64,000 nucleotides of DNA from a virus (taxonomy: Duplodnaviria; Caudoviricetes), in IMG/VR virus record IMGVR_UViG_2894272399_000002, positions 1 to 64,000 of that record. One strand, 5' to 3'. Under the pieces are notes generated by a model, which ran no database searches, had not been told where the DNA came from, and saw only the letters and a program-made list of their open reading frames with translations. Position 1 is the first letter of the stretch; every line of letters begins with the position of its first letter. Position numbers and translations under genes: made by a program. This document shows, in pieces, positions 57,850-64,000 of this stretch.

Positions 57850-58302
57850 ATGGATTATTTCATTTCAGGCACTGTGCCGGCTCCCATCGAATTCAATCAG
57901 AACTCTTATGGTCTGTATTTACTCGGAGAGTACGGGGAATCGAGTGCGATAGGATTTAAGTCAGGCATCAATGATTTCAAAAAAGGGACATTGTCAATTA
58001 GCGTTCAAATCGAATTCTACGCGGATCGTGACGGTGACGGAATTTGGGTAGCTCGCGGCAGACAAGTGTCATTCTTCGAATTCGAGAATCCTGGTCTATT
58101 GAAGAGAGGCCCAACAAAGAAAGCTATTTCGATTTTGAAAGAGTGTACCGACTTAGCGCAGGCGTACTGTTATGCAAACTTTTCTTTTGAAGGGTCAAGG
58201 AACAAACTACCGATGATGCCCTCAATAGTACAGCCGTTTATCGAGACCGAAAAGGCAATAATGGACTTTCTAGCAAAGCACAACGAATTGAAGAAAAAGT
58301 AG
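57850..58302 (+). CDS. Hypothetical protein, paralogue of the previous gene
   Basis: Same shared motifs as 57379. Confidence 0.65.
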   Translation: MDYFISGTVPAPIEFNQNSYGLYLLGEYGESSAIGFKSGINDFKKGTLSISVQIEFYADRDGDGIWVARGRQVSFFEFENPGLLKRGPTKKAISILKECTDLAQAYCYANFSFEGSRNKLPMMPSIVQPFIETEKAIMDFLAKHNELKKK

Positions 58303-58370
58303 GCAATAGGAACATCAGGTAGTTAAATTCTAATAGTTTTTCTCGGGTGATGTTAATGGGGTTAGTTGGT

Positions 58371-61300
58371 TCAGCCAAGTGCAAACTTTTCCTCTTTCGT
58401 TAATTTACTAAGAGCCTTTTTTCGGAGCTCATCACCATTGTAGGGCATGCATTCTTCGAAAGTGTCGAAGATAATAAATTCTAATCTTTCAGCCGGAATA
58501 GAACCACCATACCCGCCGGTTATATCAGCCAGCTTTGAATGGCTAAAAATTACTCTCTCGCGGCTCACCTTATACACTCTGGACTTCAAATGATCTGGAA
58601 GAGATTAAACATCCAAAGAAACAGATCTGCTGAGCGGGTGTATAGTGACAATCAGGTGATCTTTAAAAAGGTAGCGGCTTCTCTTATCCGGCAGTACGGT
58701 ATCGAAGTCACCTTTGAAGATTACACAGCAGCAGCTGAAATGCTTATTTTTTCCCTGGCAGAAGATCCTGTTGTTTACTACCAAGTGATGCTGAGTACAG
58801 GACACACCCCAAGACCAGTTTCTTCCCCTGATGGTGGCGTAACAATCGTAGATGCTGATCCCTCTGAGAGAATGACCCACACCCAGGCCGAAGAGCTCAT
58901 GCATAACATCTGGAAGCATAGAGGTATGGCTTTAATGCATATCAGGGAGAGGTTTGCAAGGGATTTACCTCAGGCGGAGTAGCCGAGTGAACGGATGAAA
59001 TCGACCAATTTGAATGGGTTCTCAATACTTAACATTTTGTGATCGTAGCTTACCAAAATATTTCCATTGTACTCAATTGTCATGACCATTGGGATTCCAG
59101 AACTTCCTATTTTAATCTCATATTGAAGCTTTATAAATCCAAGATTTGACGTTATCCGAGGTGAATTCCGGCCTTGAAACTGGTAATTAAATATCTTCTC
59201 GCAGCTTTCCAGATCCCCTGCTAGTTCGCTAAGGGGTTTGTAGGTGGGTTTCTCGAATACAACTTCAATTGTTGGTGATTTCATTCTTTTTATAAAATAA
59301 GTGACTTGATCTCAATGAAATCATTGAACTCGATTGTAATTGGTTGCTCGGAGACATCTTTCAATATGCTTGTAAGAGTTCGAAGACTGCTGCCGTAATA
59401 GGTGTTTTGGAAATAAGGCTCCTTGCTTTCAACTGATAGCCTTTCACCGAAACCTCCAATGGTTAAATATCCATTCTCAATCTTCGCAGAGTAAGCCCCT
59501 GTAACAGGTCGGAGGGCTTTAAGGAAATTGTACAGCATATCGCTGCTACAAATGATCTGGGTTTTATTATTCATTTTCTTCCAATTTTCTGTTTATACCA
59601 TGTGATAGCAGACTCCCAAGATTCCTGAGTATTATTTCCTCCGTTTTCTTTGTACCAATCACTCCATGCATGGCTGATTTCTTCTTCGCTGGGATCGATA
59701 CAGGAGAGGGCGTAGGCTTTCGCAACAGACTCAACGAGTTCTAATTGTTCGTTCGTGAGTGGTGCAACATGAGCTTTCCGCTTCTCGTCGGCAAAGATCT
59801 CTATGAATTTTTTCATGGTAGTTCGATTGGTAGGTTTTCAAATATTTTTTCAAAAAATGCACTACCCTCTGCTATTCTCTCCCTATCCGCTTTCACAGCT
59901 TCCCGGGCGTAGTGGTCGGCGAAAAGTTCGGCGGCTTCTTTATAAAACCGATATATTGCATTTGGGTATCTTTGTTCCAAGTACCAGAAAGAATCAAATC
60001 CGTGCGACTTTGCCACGTCCTATTTGAAGTCGTCAAATGTTTTCTTTTTCATGTTCCGTTTGGTGAAGGGTTAAAGCCTAACTTTCTTAAAAAATTTCAC
60101 CATTTCAATACAACGATCGCAAGTTATCTTCCCAATTTTATCCTCAAACTCAGCCGCTCCTTCCCCGAATCCAAATACCTCACCGCCGCATAATGTTCTG
60201 TGTGCATCTCCGAATGAATTTACTAAATGCCATTCACTCCCCCATATAGGATCTCCTTGTTCATTTGTTTCAACGGCCTCGCCATCGTCTGTTGTTAAAA
60301 ATCTTACTACGTGACTCATAGGGGACGGGTTAAAATTTTGGATCTTCATGATATGTGACAACAGCACGTTTTTCTTTTTTTATTGGCTGATATTTCTCTG
60401 GCAGAAACTCTCCAAATTCCTCAATAAATCTGTATTTCAATATTGAATGATACGATTTGTTGACATTAAACTCTCCACACTTAAACATATTCCAAAACTT
60501 TCCACGACTAAAAATCGGATTGGCTTTTGCTGGCTTCTCCCAATCTTTAACCTCTGTTTTTGCTTTTAAAAGCATATCTGAAATAGCCTCGTTGCTGATC
60601 GTTTCAGATAGTTCTCTTGCTCTTGTTTTGTTCATCTGTATTATCTATTTAGTGTTTAACCCTGCATCATTGAGGCGGGGAGGATTGAACTGTTACTTCG
60701 CGTACGAAGTTTGGATTGTTGTGTGAATTGACGAACTGCAAAACCACTTTCCACACTGCTTCGATTTTAGTATCGCCTACTGACCTGAATATCAAAACTC
60801 CACCGGGATGACCAGATAGTTTTTTAATCTGAGCAACATTTGCGTAACTATGAACTACAAACGAATCCTCGCCTATTGCTTCGATCTTTTCAACTACTGA
60901 CATGAGCCAGTTCCAGTCCGAATGATATTTCAATCCATTGTTTTGATACGCATGTTCCATAGCGTATAAATACGGGTCTTTCGATTCCCTGGCTTTTTCT
61001 AGGTACCGATTAAAATCGGCAAGTAGCTTATTTCCTTCAATTGTGTCCATACCTTTCTTTTGTTTAACCCTGTGATACAGGGAGGGGGTTAGTAATAAAT
61101 TTGGTAGCTATATCGGTAGCAAAAACTACAATGTCAGTTAGTTCATATTCATACTTGATCCCTTCGATTATTAAAGAATATCTTTCCATAATAGTTTTTG
61201 TGGTTTGGTTTAATATCCGGAGGTGATTAAAGGTCTTGCCAGTGAGTGGGAGTGTAGTATACGTACATATTGCATGTCAGATCAGTAAACCACAAACGGC

Positions 61301-62655
61301 CTTGCCGTACTAATCTTTGCTCATTTCTATCGCCACGTTCATCGCTGATTTTGGTTTTAATCAAGCGACCTTCGGGTGCTGTTTGGATTGGTTGCCACTC
61401 GCATCTCTTTGCTTCTTGTGCTATTGTCTCCATAACTCAGGATTGGGGTTGATTGGTTGTCATATTTCAGTAACACGGGTATAACCATCGCTAATCAGGC
61501 ATCCCATGGCTAATATTTCAATTTCATTATAGGTGAAAACAAGAGCCTTTTCGCTCTTTTTGGAAACAATCCATTCTTGATCTAGGAGGCCCAATAACTC
61601 TACCACATCTGAAACCTGGCTTACCATATCCATAAGAAATGAAACGCCATGTATTAAGTAGTACACATCGCTATTGTAAACCTTGATTGGCTTTGGCAGT
61701 TTCTTGCCGGGCACTTCTCCCATTCCATTACAGACATCACATGGGTGCTCATGCTTACACTCCCCACATTCAACATAACCTTCTCCTGAACAGGAAGAAC
61801 AATCAACGGATTCGCGTTCAATTACTTCTTGGACATATTCATCCGTCATGAATTCACGCAAGAATTGAAAGTTGACTGAAACCGGACTGCATGGAATCAA
61901 TTTCTCTAAAACTGGAATGAACTTGTCAGATTCTAGTCCGGTGTAATAATCAGCACAGTCCACTCGATCATGTGGCGCGCTTACGATCATGTGATAGTCT
62001 GTAACTAGATATCTTCCATGAAGAACACAAGGCTTACTTGCCCATTCGTGGGGGTTCTGGTCTACTTTAAGGAGATTCCTTAATGCTAAATCATCAATCA
62101 ATGTCTCCATAACTCTTATGTTTAAACGTTTACTCTTTTTGTCTCCTCTAAAATTTAATCACGGTTCTGAGTGATTCTCGTGAGTGCAACTTTCAGATCA
62201 AGGGCGGCTCTCTTAACTGCGCCCGATTTATAAGTGCCTTCGACGTACTGATATTTCTGATCTTTTTGATTGATCACTTCGGCCTTCAAATCGAGTAAGC
62301 GGGACATAAACCTTTGCACTTCACTTTCGATTGATTCTATTTTTTCTATTTTCATTGTCTGATATGTTTAATGGTTATAGTCTTTTTGTCTCCTGGATCA
62401 CTGTTCCACAATTGCGGATGAAGTCTAGTGGTACAGCTCCAACTTCGACCGATTGTACGCCTTCTTCCTTCTCACCTCGTCATTGTAAGCCGCCACGATG
62501 TCCTCAACGATCTTACACTTCACACCCGGATCATACGAACGGCGTAGTTTAGTTTCCCACCCATTTGTTTCTTTGCGCTGATACTGAGCCTGGTTCTGCC
62601 CTTCCTGACGGGTGATTATTACCCGCTCGTTATTGGAAATTGATACGTTTGTCAT
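58371..62655 (-). other. Array of small early-type phage genes
   Basis: More than ten closely packed 66-127 aa minus-strand ORFs; one plus ORF ending at 58982. Confidence 0.7.
61460..62110 (-). CDS. Protein with DnaJ-type zinc finger
   Basis: CSSCSGEG..ECGEC....PCDVCNGMG. Confidence 0.7.
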   Translation of the reverse strand: METLIDDLALRNLLKVDQNPHEWASKPCVLHGRYLVTDYHMIVSAPHDRVDCADYYTGLESDKFIPVLEKLIPCSPVSVNFQFLREFMTDEYVQEVIERESVDCSSCSGEGYVECGECKHEHPCDVCNGMGEVPGKKLPKPIKVYNSDVYYLIHGVSFLMDMVSQVSDVVELLGLLDQEWIVSKKSEKALVFTYNEIEILAMGCLISDGYTRVTEI

Positions 62656-62716
62656 GATGTAACTTTTGGTTAATTAGGTAAATCGATCTGTGGATAAGCG
62701 CTTGTTCACCATCCAT

Positions 62717-63007
62717 TTAAAACTGCTTTCGATTGATCCTTTCTTTTAATCTCGAAAGTTTTTGGTCAATAAAAACCTGAACATCTTCCTCGCCGACGAT
62801 GAAGTTTGCTTGCTGGATCATGATATTCACATCAGCGACTTCCGATCTTAGATTGTTCAAGTTTTCCGGATTGTAAGGGTCGTTTCTCTCTAAATATTTG
62901 CCGATAGCCATGGCCAACTCTAAACATTCCTCTCGAACCATTTGAAGCTGTTTTTTCTCACCCCAGGTAATAATTGCCAAGTCTGTTATCTCTTTGTCGA
63001 TAGTCAT
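62717..63007 (-). CDS. MazG-like NTP pyrophosphohydrolase
   Basis: EECLEL and SEVADV acidic motifs. Confidence 0.7.
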   Translation of the reverse strand: MTIDKEITDLAIITWGEKKQLQMVREECLELAMAIGKYLERNDPYNPENLNNLRSEVADVNIMIQQANFIVGEEDVQVFIDQKLSRLKERINRKQF

Positions 63008-63029
63008 TGTTCTTCTTTTGATTGTGTAA

Positions 63030-63464
63030 CTAATTCAAATCCGCATACTTCAAACTCAGCACCCTCGACCAGATCAATCCGAGCTGCTTCGCCCTCTTCG
63101 GCTGCATCTTGCACATATCATGGTGCTCTCGGCAAAGCGGGATCATGAATTTCTTCTGGTTTATCAAAATCCCCCGACCACCTGAATGATGACAATCAAC
63201 TGCTTCGCTTTCACATCCTGGATACACACAAATTGAATTTTCTGCTTTCCATCCCGGAAGCTCTTTGCTGTACTTCCGATTCGCCGCGGCTACCTTTTTA
63301 CTTTCTTTCCTGATCGGCTGACGTGGCTGCTTTGCTTTCTCCTTCCGTTTTGCCTGGGCCTTCAAATACTTCTCATCCGTTCTCAGCGCCTGATGCCAAG
63401 CAAGTTTACAATACCCACCACCGAACACGGGAAGAGTACAGTCAGGATGTTTGCAGGTTTTCAT
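63030..63464 (-). CDS. HNH / zinc-finger nuclease-like protein
   Basis: C...C...C N-terminus; CVYPGC...DCHH...LCREHH. Confidence 0.7.
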   Translation of the reverse strand: MKTCKHPDCTLPVFGGGYCKLAWHQALRTDEKYLKAQAKRKEKAKQPRQPIRKESKKVAAANRKYSKELPGWKAENSICVYPGCESEAVDCHHSGGRGILINQKKFMIPLCREHHDMCKMQPKRAKQLGLIWSRVLSLKYADLN

Positions 63465-63916
63465 TGTGCAGGAACAGTCCTTTCCACAAACTGCAAATCC
63501 CCATCATGCGAGATCCTGAGCGGTATGTCGAACCGTTTGAAGTTCTTTGCGATTTCCAGCCAGAACAACTCCCTTTGACCGGCCGGAATCTCACCGCAAG
63601 CCATAGCCAGAACCAGTAGGTTGTGAAACAAATCTGTGATGCCCTCCATTTGTTCAGCTGCGGCACCGATATCTGAACCTTCTACCGATACATCCCAAAC
63701 CGTCTGTTTTGCATGCTTTTCAAGCTCAGCCAGGAAACTATTGCCGGTTTGTTTAAGCTTCCTGCGGAACATGTTGGTGTGCTGCAATTGGTCGAGCATT
63801 CTGATCAGATAATGGACGGCGGCCGAAGTCGTTAGCGCTATACCCTTTTCGGTTTCAGTGAAGGGGCGGAGTTGTTGGGTTTGTTGCATGATGGATGTGT
63901 TAGTCTTCGGTTTCAC
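63461..63916 (-). CDS. Hypothetical phage protein
   Basis: 151-aa ORF coupled to the HNH gene. Confidence 0.55.
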   Translation of the reverse strand: MKPKTNTSIMQQTQQLRPFTETEKGIALTTSAAVHYLIRMLDQLQHTNMFRRKLKQTGNSFLAELEKHAKQTVWDVSVEGSDIGAAAEQMEGITDLFHNLLVLAMACGEIPAGQRELFWLEIAKNFKRFDIPLRISHDGDLQFVERTVPAQ

Positions 63917-64000
63917 TTTTCAAAACCTCCAAGAAGTCAGAGACTTTCGCGGTAATATTATCCATGAAATCATTGGCGTCTTCAAGTGTCTGACAGATAT

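Larger units (their letters stand above)
1..64000. mobile_element. Temperate siphovirus-like prophage (extends beyond the window)
   Basis: Integrase, terminase, portal, capsid, tail, tape measure and lysis genes plus many small phage-type ORFs; no host housekeeping genes; att sites not visible. Confidence 0.95.

Noticed and set aside
60654-61091. GTTTAACCCTG repeated at two intergenic sites
   Set aside because: Only two short copies; insufficient to call a regulatory repeat
1589-63666. Many short ORFs nested in or antisense to long genes, including 7698-7994 and 7743-7985
   Set aside because: Shadow ORFs without motifs or plausible starts, overlapping well-supported genes
1-64000. CRISPR array, diversity-generating retroelement, retron or invertible fibre cassette
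   Set aside because: No spaced direct repeats, reverse transcriptase or invertase seen

Overview
The whole window is a large temperate siphovirus-type prophage, starting at its tyrosine integrase and running off the right edge. The host is inferred to be Bacteroidota (probably Cytophagales) from TAnnTTTG promoters, signal peptides followed by Gln, and the absence of Shine-Dalgarno sequences. Layout: integrase (1-1275); Tal and Dit tail-tip genes (1278-6010, minus); about 10 kb of cargo splitting the tail module, including a roughly 550-nt array of non-canonical tRNA-like RNAs (7154-7698), a TM-GTPase pair, an HTH-ImmA pair and an aspartic protease; tape measure to scaffold (16504-26105, minus); a divergent plus-strand late operon with seven signal-peptide-bearing tailspike/fibre/glycosidase-like proteins interleaved with holin-like genes, an M15 endolysin and a patatin (26314-40981); ParB-like, terminase, portal, a mini-kinase and a MuF fused to a RelA/SpoT-type domain (40986-47501); then small early-type genes interrupted by a methyltransferase and an umuDC/SRAP/Fpg cassette. 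The most unusual signals are the Sec-exported fibre/spike-like proteins, the tRNA-like RNA array, a CA-repeat (ACACAC) motif before the start codons of many late genes, and a shared palindromic operator at four late promoters. All calls come from manual motif reading; no searches were run.
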